From Bdellovibrionota bacterium (GTDB lineage: Bacteria; Bdellovibrionota_C; UBA2361; JBGSMV01): a stretch of DNA of 64,000 bases. A program made the position numbers and the translations under genes. The stretch's first letter is position 1, and the number at the start of each line of letters is the position of its first letter. The notes below the pieces were generated by a model, which made no database searches, was not told where the DNA came from, and saw nothing but the letters and a program-made list of their open reading frames with translations. The stretch is taken from contig JBGSMV010000059.1 in NCBI GenBank assembly GCA_041739995.1, positions 64,001-128,000 of the forward strand. The letters are read 5' to 3'. Positions 1 to 9,621 of this stretch are shown piece by piece.

Positions 1-69
1 GCCTTTGAGATGCTCAAAGGTAAACGCCAACAAAATCCCAGGAAAAAGCATGGCAACATCCCGCTCTAA
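1..69 (+). CDS. C-terminal end of acyl-CoA carboxylase carboxyltransferase (beta) subunit, partial
   Basis: Frame 1 reads AFEMLKGKRQQNPRKKHGNIPL*. KKHGNIPL is the characteristic C-terminus of PccB/MmdA proteins, and a biotin carrier gene follows. Confidence 0.85.
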   Translation, partial: AFEMLKGKRQQNPRKKHGNIPL

Positions 70-487
70 GAGCAGCAAATCGAAGGTGAAGCCAGCGTCG
101 GGGACTTCTAAGCGAGGCCTTAAAAAGAAATCGGCACTTCGATCGCGAAAGGCTAAGGGGGTTGGCAATTCTCCCCGTTCTGGTTCTGTGCGTGGCACTG
201 GTAGTTCAATGCGCGCTGATGCGACTCACCCGTCAGCTTTTGTTACTCCACAGGCCATGAGTGACTTCGGGGTCCTGCTTGGCGATGACGCCATTCCTTT
301 TGTTCCTTTTGTGCTCGGGCTTCAAAGCAGCAGCTCGGAGCAGCAGCGACTTCCTCAAGAGATTGTCGCCGCGATAGCTCTCTCTTTGTATTCGACTTTG
401 GGACTTGAAGAGTATGGCGACGGAGCGGCTTCTGAAGGTGACTGGGCGCTCGATGCCAGACGCTCTGCTCTTTCGACAAGGTTCTAG
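50..487 (+). CDS. Acyl-CoA carboxylase epsilon/OadG-like accessory subunit (start uncertain)
   Basis: C-terminal EIVAAIALSL...WALDARR motif typical of epsilon/delta subunits; lies between the beta subunit and BCCP genes; K/R/S-rich N-terminus. Confidence 0.55.
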   Translation: MATSRSKSSKSKVKPASGTSKRGLKKKSALRSRKAKGVGNSPRSGSVRGTGSSMRADATHPSAFVTPQAMSDFGVLLGDDAIPFVPFVLGLQSSSSEQQRLPQEIVAAIALSLYSTLGLEEYGDGAASEGDWALDARRSALSTRF

Positions 488-524
488 CAGGGTTGTGAAA
501 GACTCTTTTCACAACCCTGCTAGA
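483..524. repeat. Perfect 18-bp inverted repeat bounded by CTAG (collapsed MITE/TIR remnant or stem-loop)
   Basis: TCTAGCAGGGTTGTGAAA-gactct-TTTCACAACCCTGCTAGA; the left TAG is the stop codon of the upstream ORF. Confidence 0.8.
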
Positions 525-695
525 GCTTGAGGGAATTGTATGCTTCCCTCCCCTTAGGCGGTTATGGTCGTAGATTCTAGGAGATCGCCTTCTGTTGCAG
601 GAGGGGATAACATGGCGCTGCTGAAACTTTGGTATTTGGCTGCATAGCGGCTTAGCAAATTAAGGACGAAAATGGCGCGCAGAGGTGGAACGGGA

Positions 696-1187
696 ATGCA
701 GTATCGGGTGTGTGTGGGTGACACCGGATACGATGTGCGCATTTCTTCAGTGTCTAGAGAAACTCTCGAGCTTGAGATCGATGGACAGACTTATAGCGTT
801 CAGGTCTCAGCTGCACTTTCTTCCCACACGGGTTTCAGCGATACCGCTGTGGCGCTTGGGTCTTGCGGTGGCGTAGCTACCATTACCGCTCAGCCCAATT
901 CTCCAGCTAAATCAGTGCCTGCGTCCAATGGTAGCCACCCGAGAGCCTCCAACAACGTTTCTTCGACGAGCGGCTCCCCCTCAGTCATTGCTCCTATGCC
1001 TGGAGTAGTAGTGGCGATTTCCGTGGCGGTTGGGCAGACCGTGCAACAGGGCTCGGTAGTAGCGGTTATCGAGGCTATGAAGATGGAGAATAGTATCTGT
1101 GCCTCCTGCACTGGAGTCATCTCTGAAGTCCATGTTGAAGTTGGCCGTGAGGTAGAAAGAGGTCAGGCTATTTTGTCGCTCGCCTAG
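696..1187 (+). CDS. Biotin carboxyl carrier protein
   Basis: APMPGVV...IEAMKMEN biotinylation motif; Ser/Pro/Ala linker; the ORF could start at 672. Confidence 0.93.
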   Translation: MQYRVCVGDTGYDVRISSVSRETLELEIDGQTYSVQVSAALSSHTGFSDTAVALGSCGGVATITAQPNSPAKSVPASNGSHPRASNNVSSTSGSPSVIAPMPGVVVAISVAVGQTVQQGSVVAVIEAMKMENSICASCTGVISEVHVEVGREVERGQAILSLA

Positions 1188-1207
1188 TTAAGCTTGTCGC
1201 TTGCCGA

Positions 1208-3382
1208 ATGATGAATTCCCGATCGAATTTCACACAAAATAACTTCATCACCACTTCCCTATTATTGATTGGAGCGCTCGCTTCTGCTGCTCTGCTTTTT
1301 AGCCTCGCGGCCAGCGGTGCTATCTCGACCTATGCGGGGCTACTGCTAGGTTCCGTTGCCTTCGTTGCGGTGCGTTTTGACCGAGCTTCGGTGCTCTTCT
1401 TTCTTCTACTGCTTCCCTTGTTTGGTAATCGCCCCGGCTCTGATCAGGCCGCGGTGCTTTTAATGATTGCTGCGATCTGGCAGCTCGTCACGCTGCCGCG
1501 CATTCTCACACGACTTGCTCGCAACCATTATACCCCAACCCTCTGGAGGCTATGCACTTTCTACGTGCTTGTGTCGGCGGCGAGCCTGCTTGCAATACCT
1601 CTGCAGGACTGGTGGCACGAGGCGCTTTCTCAAACCCCGGCGTTTCGGGATACGTCGGCTTGGACTTCATACGTAGTAAGTGCCTTTAGGGTCACCGAAG
1701 AGAAGCTTTTGTATGGCTTGCTGTCGGTATACTGGACCATCGCGGCTTGGCAGCTAGGGCTCTACATATTTCTCGCTCAACGTAGCACGCGACTAAGCTC
1801 ATCTCATGCATGGAGTAGCATTCAAGCTTCGCTCGTGGTGGCGCTCATCGCGGGACTCCTGGACTACTACCAAGTGATTGACCTACGAGCGCTGCGCGCC
1901 TTAGACGCAGTGGTTAACCCAGAGGACACCCAGTTTCGGTTACAGTCCTGGTTCGGGCACTCGGGCTGGTTTGCGGAGTTCATCACCCTCGCCGCCCCTT
2001 CCGCGTTGGTGTGGCTGACTCTACGCGCTTCAATGTGGGTGCGACTTGCCGCGATGTTGATTGTTCTCGTGGTAGGGGAGCTGGTTTTAATTCTCACTTT
2101 TCAACGTGGGGGCTGGCTCGCGTATCCCATTACCCTGATCTTTGTGTGGGCTGCCGTGTATGCATCTCATCGTGTGTCTAAGGGCGACATCACCTTCCTT
2201 GGCGCTCTTCGCACTTCAATTGGGAAAATTGCGGTCACCTTGCCCTTAACGCTCATTGTTAGTGCAGGAGCAATCTGGCTTTTAACGCAGCTAAATCAAA
2301 GTGGCGCCGCTAAGCAGGCTTCGCTCGATAAGTACCTTTCGCGAGCGGGTGACATTACTCGCACCAGTGATCGTACCGACTTCATGCGAGCTGGATTTAT
2401 GCTGGGCATGCAGTCTCCCATTCTTGGGGGCGGAAGCGAGCTGTTTGCCTATCAGTACCGGCGCGAGTTTCGGAATAGTTCTGGCGCCTTTCACGGCAAG
2501 ATAGATCTTCCTTTGCATGGCTCGGCCCACAATGTGTATGCGCAAACGTTTGCAGGAAAGGGATTCGCGGGGCTCTTCGCGTTATTGGCCGTGCTCTTGA
2601 GCCTGACAGTGGCATCTACTCGTGCGGCATTGAGTACTACTGATAGAGAGACGTCAGAGCGGGCCTGCTTGCTTGCGGGAGCTGCCAGCGGAGTCGCGTT
2701 TTTGATTTATGGGAATGTGCAGGAGTTGTTTTACATACAACCATTACAGTTTCTATTCTTCGCCATCATTGGAACTACCTCAGCGCTATTACCGGTCGCC
2801 AAACCTGGGAGATTGGTAGATCGGCTTATCGCAAAACCGGCCCCTTTGTTGGTGTTGCTGTGCATGCTCCAATTAACCTGGAACTACGCCTGGCCCGGAT
2901 ATGTGAAGGACCGTGCACAAGCTTGGGAGCAGTTCGGCTGCTTTGCCTCTGAGCAAGACGGAAGTGAGTCTTTTCGTTGGTGTGGCCCTCGCGCACAGAT
3001 TCTGGTCGGTCCTGAGGTCAGCGAGCTGCTCATTGAAGCAGCACCCTTTGTGGGCGACCGGCGAGAGCGAGTCCTTCAGATTAGCCAGAAGGGAAAAGTC
3101 TTAGCTTCAGAGGTCCTGAGGCCAGGTGCGAGGAGATCGATCTCGCTGACCCGTACGTCATCTGAGAACTCATTGCTTCGCCTGAACCTTGGAGGCTGTT
3201 ATATTCCTGCGAGAGATTCTCCGGTCACCAAAGTGCCGACGCAACGAATCCCTAAGAACGAATCAGCTCTGGAACGTACACTTCGCATGGAACCCTCCTC
3301 GCTTTTGGCCAAAATCAGTCCTTCGTCTGGCGACCGTCGCTGCTTGGCATTTCGAATTTGGAACTCTTCTGGCCTGAAATAG
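1208..3382 (+). CDS. O-antigen ligase/Wzy_C-family polytopic membrane protein
   Basis: Many TM segments, TFQRGGW and PILGGG...SAHNVYAQ motifs, soluble C-terminal domain. Confidence 0.75.
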   Translation: MMNSRSNFTQNNFITTSLLLIGALASAALLFSLAASGAISTYAGLLLGSVAFVAVRFDRASVLFFLLLLPLFGNRPGSDQAAVLLMIAAIWQLVTLPRILTRLARNHYTPTLWRLCTFYVLVSAASLLAIPLQDWWHEALSQTPAFRDTSAWTSYVVSAFRVTEEKLLYGLLSVYWTIAAWQLGLYIFLAQRSTRLSSSHAWSSIQASLVVALIAGLLDYYQVIDLRALRALDAVVNPEDTQFRLQSWFGHSGWFAEFITLAAPSALVWLTLRASMWVRLAAMLIVLVVGELVLILTFQRGGWLAYPITLIFVWAAVYASHRVSKGDITFLGALRTSIGKIAVTLPLTLIVSAGAIWLLTQLNQSGAAKQASLDKYLSRAGDITRTSDRTDFMRAGFMLGMQSPILGGGSELFAYQYRREFRNSSGAFHGKIDLPLHGSAHNVYAQTFAGKGFAGLFALLAVLLSLTVASTRAALSTTDRETSERACLLAGAASGVAFLIYGNVQELFYIQPLQFLFFAIIGTTSALLPVAKPGRLVDRLIAKPAPLLVLLCMLQLTWNYAWPGYVKDRAQAWEQFGCFASEQDGSESFRWCGPRAQILVGPEVSELLIEAAPFVGDRRERVLQISQKGKVLASEVLRPGARRSISLTRTSSENSLLRLNLGGCYIPARDSPVTKVPTQRIPKNESALERTLRMEPSSLLAKISPSSGDRRCLAFRIWNSSGLK

Positions 3383-3400
3383 AATGCGGCGGCCATGCGC

Positions 3401-3748
3401 TTAAGCTGAGAAGAAGCTCTTGTATGCAGTTAGAAACTGATCAGTCGCTCTAGACATGCTGGCGAACGCCAGTTTTGAAGCTGCAAGGTCGTTTTCCTTT
3501 GCAGAAATCTCAAGATCGCGTGCGCTCTGATATGCTAACATCGCACCGAGATTGCCAAGCGCACTCTTTATTGCATGGGCTTGGCTCGCCGCTGCACTGA
3601 GGTTTCTGCTCTCAAGTGATTGAGCGAGTTCTGCCATGGCGCGAGCATTATCTGCGGCGAACATTTCGCAGAGTTCCTGCAAAAGCTCTCGGTCCTGATC
3701 AACCCGCTCCATCGCTGCGGCGCTATCGAAAACAAAGTTCTCGCTCAT
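3401..3748 (-). CDS. Hpt (histidine phosphotransfer) domain protein
   Basis: AHAIKSALGNLGA Hpt motif; 115 aa. Confidence 0.9.
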   Translation of the reverse strand: MSENFVFDSAAAMERVDQDRELLQELCEMFAADNARAMAELAQSLESRNLSAAASQAHAIKSALGNLGAMLAYQSARDLEISAKENDLAASKLAFASMSRATDQFLTAYKSFFSA

Positions 3749-3770
3749 CTAGGCCCCTTAATCTGGTAAA

Positions 3771-4928
3771 TTAATCTCGCAACAGCTCGCGCGCGATAAC
3801 AAGGCGCTGCACTTGGCTGGTGCCCTCATAGATTTGCATTAATTTAGCGTCGCGCATCAGTTTTTCAACTGGGTAGTCTTTGGTGTACCCGTATCCACCA
3901 AATATCTGCACGGCGTCCGTGGTAACTTTCATCGCCATGTCAGCAGAAAAGCGTTTCGCCATGCTGGACTCTAATGAAGCATGCAGCCCCGCGTCCAATA
4001 GCGACGAAGAACGTAAGGTCATCAGTCTTGCGGCCTCAATATCGGTGAGCATGTCTGCGAGCATGAACTGAATGGCTTGAAAATTGGCGATCGGCTGCCC
4101 GAACTGGGAACGCTCCTTGGCGTATGCTCGAGCATGAGCATACGCAGCACGTGCTATTCCCACGGCAATAATGGCCGTAAGGGGGCGACTAAGGTCCAAG
4201 GTCTTCATAGCGATGTTAAAGCCACCGCCTTCTGCCCCAATGCGATTATCGGCAGGGATTTCCACATTGTCGAAGGTGATTCGCACTGTGTTCGAGCAGC
4301 GTTGCCCCATTTTGTTTTCATGGTTTCCACGAGAAATTCCAGGGGCGTCGCCGGGTACTACGAAGCACGTAATGCCCTTGTGGCGCTGCTTTGAGTCTAT
4401 GGTGGCAAAGACCGTGAACTGCGCAGCGTCGCCTCCATTAGTAATCCACTGCTTTGTTCCGTTGATAATATATTTGTCACCTTTTTTGGTGGCTGAGGTA
4501 GTAATTCCGCCGGCGTCGCTCCCGGCTCCCGGTTCACTCAAACAGAAAGACGCTAGCTTGGGGGAAGCAGTAATGCTTGGGATAAATCTTTTCTTCTGCT
4601 CCTCTGAGCCACCGACCAGAATAGGCGTAAGGGCTAAATCGTTGGCGACAAAAGACGTGGTGATTCCCGCGCAGCCTGCCGCAAGTTCTTCGATGACTAA
4701 GCAAGCATCATGATTGGAAAGTCCTGTGCCACCGAGTTCGGACGGTTGCAGAAGATTACAAAGCCCCAGTGAGTGCGCCTTTTCAAGAACGGCATGCGGG
4801 AAGTGCGCTGCCTCGTCCCATGCTCCTGAGTGTGGTGTAATCTCATCACGAGCGAAGCCCGCAGCAACGTCGCGTAGCGCCAATTGTTCTTCGGATAGTT
4901 GGAAATTTGAATTAGCGCTCGATGCCAT
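3771..4928 (-). CDS. Short-chain acyl-CoA dehydrogenase
   Basis: [28 protein letters not shown] and [10 protein letters not shown] motifs. Confidence 0.95.
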   Translation of the reverse strand: MASSANSNFQLSEEQLALRDVAAGFARDEITPHSGAWDEAAHFPHAVLEKAHSLGLCNLLQPSELGGTGLSNHDACLVIEELAAGCAGITTSFVANDLALTPILVGGSEEQKKRFIPSITASPKLASFCLSEPGAGSDAGGITTSATKKGDKYIINGTKQWITNGGDAAQFTVFATIDSKQRHKGITCFVVPGDAPGISRGNHENKMGQRCSNTVRITFDNVEIPADNRIGAEGGGFNIAMKTLDLSRPLTAIIAVGIARAAYAHARAYAKERSQFGQPIANFQAIQFMLADMLTDIEAARLMTLRSSSLLDAGLHASLESSMAKRFSADMAMKVTTDAVQIFGGYGYTKDYPVEKLMRDAKLMQIYEGTSQVQRLVIARELLRD

Positions 4929-5183
4929 GGTGTACCCCTACTCCCAGAGTTTACTCCCATGGGGATATCGTCACCATCAGCAGAATCCTACACTCAAAAG
5001 AGAAGCAGCTTCGAATGCACCCATGGCGGCTAGGTGCACGCATTCGAGCGTCACTGGTCCTGCTGTATTGGATGTGAAGCTGCAACTACGTTCTGGAATT
5101 GAAAACACGCAAGCCTCGAACGGCTCGCAGTTCAAAAGTTACCGCTATTACTTTACTCAATTCTATGAACCAAGACGCGAGAA

Positions 5184-6092
5184 CTAGCCAATCTTGCTTC
5201 TGTACGAACTCTCTGACGTGGACGTAGAACCCACGCCAGGCATCGTGGAACCATCAAGGCCCGCAGTAGCAGGCGGCTTCGCACCGTCGCGAACTACTTC
5301 GCGTTCGACGGAGTTCGAGAGCCCAGCAGTTGCGCTCGCAATGGCACCCGCTTTCAGAGATCCGAGTGCGGTAGAAATTTGAGAAGCAGCTTCCTCTAGC
5401 GCAGGCATAATTGCTTCAACCTTAGCGCGGTACTGAGGCACTAGGACTTCGACAGCACCCACGACTTCGTTGCCGTAGCCCTTAACGATCTTGGAAAGAG
5501 AAAGCACGTCGGCTTCAATTCCACCGCGATCAATAATTGAGCCACTATTTCGAAGTTCGTTAAGCTGACTTCGAATCGCAGCATCGTGCGCTGTGTTGCC
5601 GGCAAGCACTTCACCAACCACTGCATCGGGGAATTGAGCAAGAAGTAAGCGACCTGCTGCGTTTTGCTTAGCGGGAAATGATACCGCTGCGCGTGGTGCC
5701 ACCTTCACTGACCGACGTGACTCAAAAGTCACTGGGTACTGCACGAGCCCGCTTTGAAGAACGGCAAGACTTACTGTCTCCCCGAGCTGCTCCGCGAGAC
5801 CTTTAAGAATAGGCGCTGAACGAGATACCAGCTTGCTTTGGAGAATGTAGGACTGTCCGAGCTGGAGAGCTTTGACGCCAAGGCGATAGTCTTCGCTGTC
5901 CTTGTTCTGCTCAACATAACCGCGCAACTCCAGAGTAGCGAGCAATCTGAACACGTTGTTCTTGTGGAGCTTAAGGCGCTTTGAAAGCTCAGTAACCCCA
6001 ACCTCTCCGGCGGCCTTGGAGAGTTCTTCAAGAACATCCAAAGCATGAGAGACCGACTGAATCATGTAGTTGGCCTTCTCGCGCTTAACCAT
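5184..6092 (-). CDS. IclR-family transcriptional regulator
   Basis: IQSVSHALDVLE...GVTELSKRLKLHKNNVFRLLATL HTH, followed by a GAF-like effector domain. Confidence 0.92.
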   Translation of the reverse strand: MVKREKANYMIQSVSHALDVLEELSKAAGEVGVTELSKRLKLHKNNVFRLLATLELRGYVEQNKDSEDYRLGVKALQLGQSYILQSKLVSRSAPILKGLAEQLGETVSLAVLQSGLVQYPVTFESRRSVKVAPRAAVSFPAKQNAAGRLLLAQFPDAVVGEVLAGNTAHDAAIRSQLNELRNSGSIIDRGGIEADVLSLSKIVKGYGNEVVGAVEVLVPQYRAKVEAIMPALEEAASQISTALGSLKAGAIASATAGLSNSVEREVVRDGAKPPATAGLDGSTMPGVGSTSTSESSYRSKIG

Positions 6093-6366
6093 ACTTACTC
6101 CTTTTTGACGTCCTCGGCGGTCTCATTTATTTAGCGATTCCAGTACTTTGGGCTAAGACCGTGTATAGCTGGGTTCATAACAGGCAGATAGTGAAAAAGC
6201 AACCCGTATTTTATTCCCAAATTCAATATTCTCGAGAGGTTGCCACCTAACGATCTAAGCTCTCGATCTTCCGCCCGATGCCGAAGTTGTAAACTAGACC
6301 TACTTCCAAGCGTCGCAACTGGGCCATTGCCTTATCTAACTTGGAGCCAACTACTAGGACCAACAA

Positions 6367-7407
6367 TTAGGAATAAAGACCCACTGGCAAGTCCGTAGCG
6401 CTCCCCGTCACCTCTTGAGCAAGCGTAGCGCCTATACGACCCACGCTGCGCGTTACCTCCTCGGTGAAGATAGTAACTACACGACGCAGCGAAGGGTGAT
6501 TAACGGCAACCATGCGAGCCGCGCATGCGGCGAGAGCAGCACACGGCGAGATTGAAATGTGTGGGTACTTTTCGAAGAGCTCTCTCTGGGTGGCGATAGA
6601 GACATCATCGGGAATATCTATGGGCTCCTCGGTCACCAATGAACGATCGAATACCGGTGGCTCAAAAGTGCTTCCAACCCCTTCGACTTTCCAAGGATGA
6701 GGGGTCTTTCCTGGACGCGCGAACACTGAACCTTCTGGCTGCGCGAGAAAGGTTCTAATCGTTGGGTTTCTTGCCTTCAGCGCACGGGTAACGCCGCAAA
6801 AAGTTGCACCAGAACCTGCAACAATGACCGCAGCATCAATCTTTCCGCCCATGTCCTCCCACATCTCTGGGCCGGTCTCCATCTCGTGGGTCAAAACGTT
6901 TAGCGGGGAAGAAAACTGCTGAGTGTATATAGTGTTTGGGAATGTCTCGGCCATCACTCGTGCCGCTTCGATAGAGCCACGCATTACCTCAGATTTCGGG
7001 GTCAGCACCACGCTGACTCCAAAGTGGCGCATCAAGTTACGCTTCCCGACAGATCGATCTTCAGGGATACACATGATTACTCGGTAGCCGCGTTCGGCGG
7101 CGAGCACGCCCATAGCGAGTCCAAAATTACCGGAGGTGGCGTCAACGATCGTGGAAACGCCTCGTACCAGTAGTCCGCGCCGCTCTGCATCATTCAAGAG
7201 CGAGCGAGCCACCCTGTCCTTAACGCTGCCAGTAGGATTGAAAAACTCAAGCTTCGCATAAACTGAAGGATGAAACTTCTCCAAATGAACCATCGGTGTT
7301 GACCCGACTCGCGAGCTAAACACCAGATTCGCACGCTCAGGAGTTACTGAAATTTTACTTGGGGCAAATTGCTCTGAATCAATATTGCCCATCTCTCCCA
7401 CCCACAT
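6367..7407 (-). CDS. Cysteine synthase-family PLP enzyme
   Basis: KLEFFNPTGSVKDR PLP-lysine motif, ATSGNFG and GPE motifs; Gly-rich loop is divergent (GSGATFCG). Confidence 0.88.
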   Translation of the reverse strand: MWVGEMGNIDSEQFAPSKISVTPERANLVFSSRVGSTPMVHLEKFHPSVYAKLEFFNPTGSVKDRVARSLLNDAERRGLLVRGVSTIVDATSGNFGLAMGVLAAERGYRVIMCIPEDRSVGKRNLMRHFGVSVVLTPKSEVMRGSIEAARVMAETFPNTIYTQQFSSPLNVLTHEMETGPEMWEDMGGKIDAAVIVAGSGATFCGVTRALKARNPTIRTFLAQPEGSVFARPGKTPHPWKVEGVGSTFEPPVFDRSLVTEEPIDIPDDVSIATQRELFEKYPHISISPCAALAACAARMVAVNHPSLRRVVTIFTEEVTRSVGRIGATLAQEVTGSATDLPVGLYS

Positions 7408-7466
7408 TTTTATTTACCTCTTCAATGCTAATGATGTCTCGCATGGTGCGCCTCTCGCTTGAGTCT

Positions 7467-8069
7467 CTACTCAAACGTGAGCTCTTCCGCTTCATTGGTC
7501 TCTAGGCTCTGAATCTCTGAGCGCTCACCTTGAAAAGTCACGATGTGTAAAATTCCAGACTGGCCCTTTTCGCCTCCTTGGTTGAAAGGAACAATGCGAT
7601 ACACATAGCGTTCACCGGGAGAAACGGTGCTGTCCAGATAGGTGAATTTCATAAGGGAGGAATTTGGCTCTACTCGCCTTGTCGGCTTACCTTCGGCTCG
7701 AGCGATATCTCGCCGATTGTTGAGCTCAACAAGGTACTGATCTTCGAGGGTTGCAATCTGATCATACTCGACATCGGAGTCAAGCAAATCAGATTCGCGC
7801 GTCAGATGTTTACGCTCAATTAAATAGCCTTCGATGGTCTTGAGCTCGTCGCCTCTTTGATCGACTCGAGGAGATTCCCAGGCGAACTGCACTCCACTGA
7901 CTGAGCCCACCACGGAAGTCTCGCGAACTCGAGCCGGGGCAAAGCTTTCGGGCGGCAGAGGTGGCGCATACTTTCCGCATCCCGACAGCGACATGGCAGC
8001 AATGCCCACTAATAAAAGCGTGATCGAACGAAGTTTAACTGTACTTTGAAAGGTGAAGATTCTCGACAT
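7467..8069 (-). CDS. Lipoprotein with fibronectin-III-like domain
   Basis: Lipobox LSGC followed by GKYAPPLPP; W...GY...YLD...YVYRIV FN3-like pattern. Confidence 0.7.
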   Translation of the reverse strand: MSRIFTFQSTVKLRSITLLLVGIAAMSLSGCGKYAPPLPPESFAPARVRETSVVGSVSGVQFAWESPRVDQRGDELKTIEGYLIERKHLTRESDLLDSDVEYDQIATLEDQYLVELNNRRDIARAEGKPTRRVEPNSSLMKFTYLDSTVSPGERYVYRIVPFNQGGEKGQSGILHIVTFQGERSEIQSLETNEAEELTFE

Positions 8070-8385
8070 AACCGGTTCCTAAGACAATAAATCGAAGCAA
8101 CGTCTCGCGCGGCACAGGTCCACAAAGATTGAAGCCTGCACAACCGTACCTCGAGGAATAGTACATAGCGAGGGAGATATAAATGCTTCTATCCTGCGAC
8201 CATCTGCTAGTTAGCCCGATCGCTTTGGGATTGCTATACTGGGCGTCAGGAGTGTCTCCGTTCACGGGGTCAAATTTACTGGTGGTGTTAGGTAGTTATT
8301 GGGCTAAAATTTACTTGAGTGGTGGCGATTCTGCGGTCGTACCATGCCTGATCGGGAACGGCGGCATTTTGTGAACGGATAGTAA

Positions 8386-8466
8386 TTTCACCCCGGATTT
8401 GCTGACGCGAATCCACCCCTGAGGGGTTGGATTTTCACCCTCGATTTGCTCTGCAAATCGACCCCT
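8386..8466. repeat. Pair of REP-like hairpin repeats
   Basis: TTTCACCC-cGGATTTGC-tgac-GCGAATCC-ACCCCT (8386-8420) and TTTCACCC-TCGATTTGC-tct-GCAAATCGA-CCCCT (8433-8466). Confidence 0.65.
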
Positions 8467-8539
8467 TAGGCGTAACGCGGACGGTTTACGCCTGGAGTAG
8501 ACAGTTCGGCTGGGAGCCAGAAAAGAGGCGATACCTATT

Positions 8540-9574
8540 ATGACTGAGGACGGAGCAGCACAGGACCATCCAGCAGAGGAGCCCGGCTCGGCCCCGTGCC
8601 GTATCTTTCATCTCGGAGTTCCCTCGTTTCTCGCGCACTCACTAGTAGATGCTGAGTCAAAGCTCGGTCTTTCCAGCGAACTACTTGGCAATCTTAACCC
8701 GCCATTTCTTCCGGTGTTTCCCGAGCCACTGCTCAAAGGGTTAGAGCACCCAAGGAGCTCCATCCTCGTGGTGCACGGTCTATCTTCATTTTCGCCTTGG
8801 TCTGCGACAGGTTATGAGCAGGTTGGGGAATTGTTCGGGGCACTGCGCGAGCTGGGGACTCGGATAGTTTTATGGGTGCAGCCCAGCGACTTTTTGAGTT
8901 TTCGCGGACGCCCAGACGACCACGCAGAGTTTGCCGCTCAGATCCAGGCCTGCTCCGATGCTGTGGTTTCCGCACCTAGCCTTCTTAGAATCAGCGGCGC
9001 TACTAGTGCGAGCACCACAGAAAAGAGCTTACAAACCGCCATTCCTTTTGCACTGTCTCCTCAAGTGTTGAAAGCTTCCGAAGCGAAGGAGTACCAACGA
9101 GACACTTCATATCGATTTAGGGTGCTGGTGGTGCCCTTCCAGAGCTCGCCGGAGGATATTGCCTCGCTTAGGGACGCGCTAGCTTCCCTGCGTTCAGCCG
9201 AGTTGGTGGTGCGCTCCCCAGAAGATTTTCTAACCTTTGACTCTCTCGTCGAGGAAATTCGGGCTTCAGATGCAGTGGTAGATCTGGCTCACCCAGACGC
9301 CTATGGCCCGATTGGCGCCCTCGCCTTGAGTCTGGCGCGGCCGGTATTCTCAGGGAGCAGCGCCGGGTTCAAAGAGGCCTGGCCCGCTATGGAGCTTTGC
9401 CCGGTCATTCACTGTTCCGGCGCTACTGCTGCTAAAAAACTGCAGTCCTGCTTCCTTGAGCCGCGCACCTTGCGTGATTTTGGTCGGAGAGGACTCGCCT
9501 TCGCTCAGCAACATCATGACGCAAGTCGAGTGGCGCAGCTTACGCAGAGGCTCTACCAGCAGTTGATAAGCTAG
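8540..9574 (+). CDS. Divergent GT-B glycosyltransferase-like protein
   Basis: C-terminal SDAVVD...YG..ALALSLARPV and GRRGLAFAQQHHD resemble GT-B C-terminal domains. Confidence 0.55.
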   Translation: MTEDGAAQDHPAEEPGSAPCRIFHLGVPSFLAHSLVDAESKLGLSSELLGNLNPPFLPVFPEPLLKGLEHPRSSILVVHGLSSFSPWSATGYEQVGELFGALRELGTRIVLWVQPSDFLSFRGRPDDHAEFAAQIQACSDAVVSAPSLLRISGATSASTTEKSLQTAIPFALSPQVLKASEAKEYQRDTSYRFRVLVVPFQSSPEDIASLRDALASLRSAELVVRSPEDFLTFDSLVEEIRASDAVVDLAHPDAYGPIGALALSLARPVFSGSSAGFKEAWPAMELCPVIHCSGATAAKKLQSCFLEPRTLRDFGRRGLAFAQQHHDASRVAQLTQRLYQQLIS

Positions 9575-9621
9575 AGTTACCGTAGATTATGGATTCGCCG
9601 TCTGGACCAGGCGTGCAGGAA

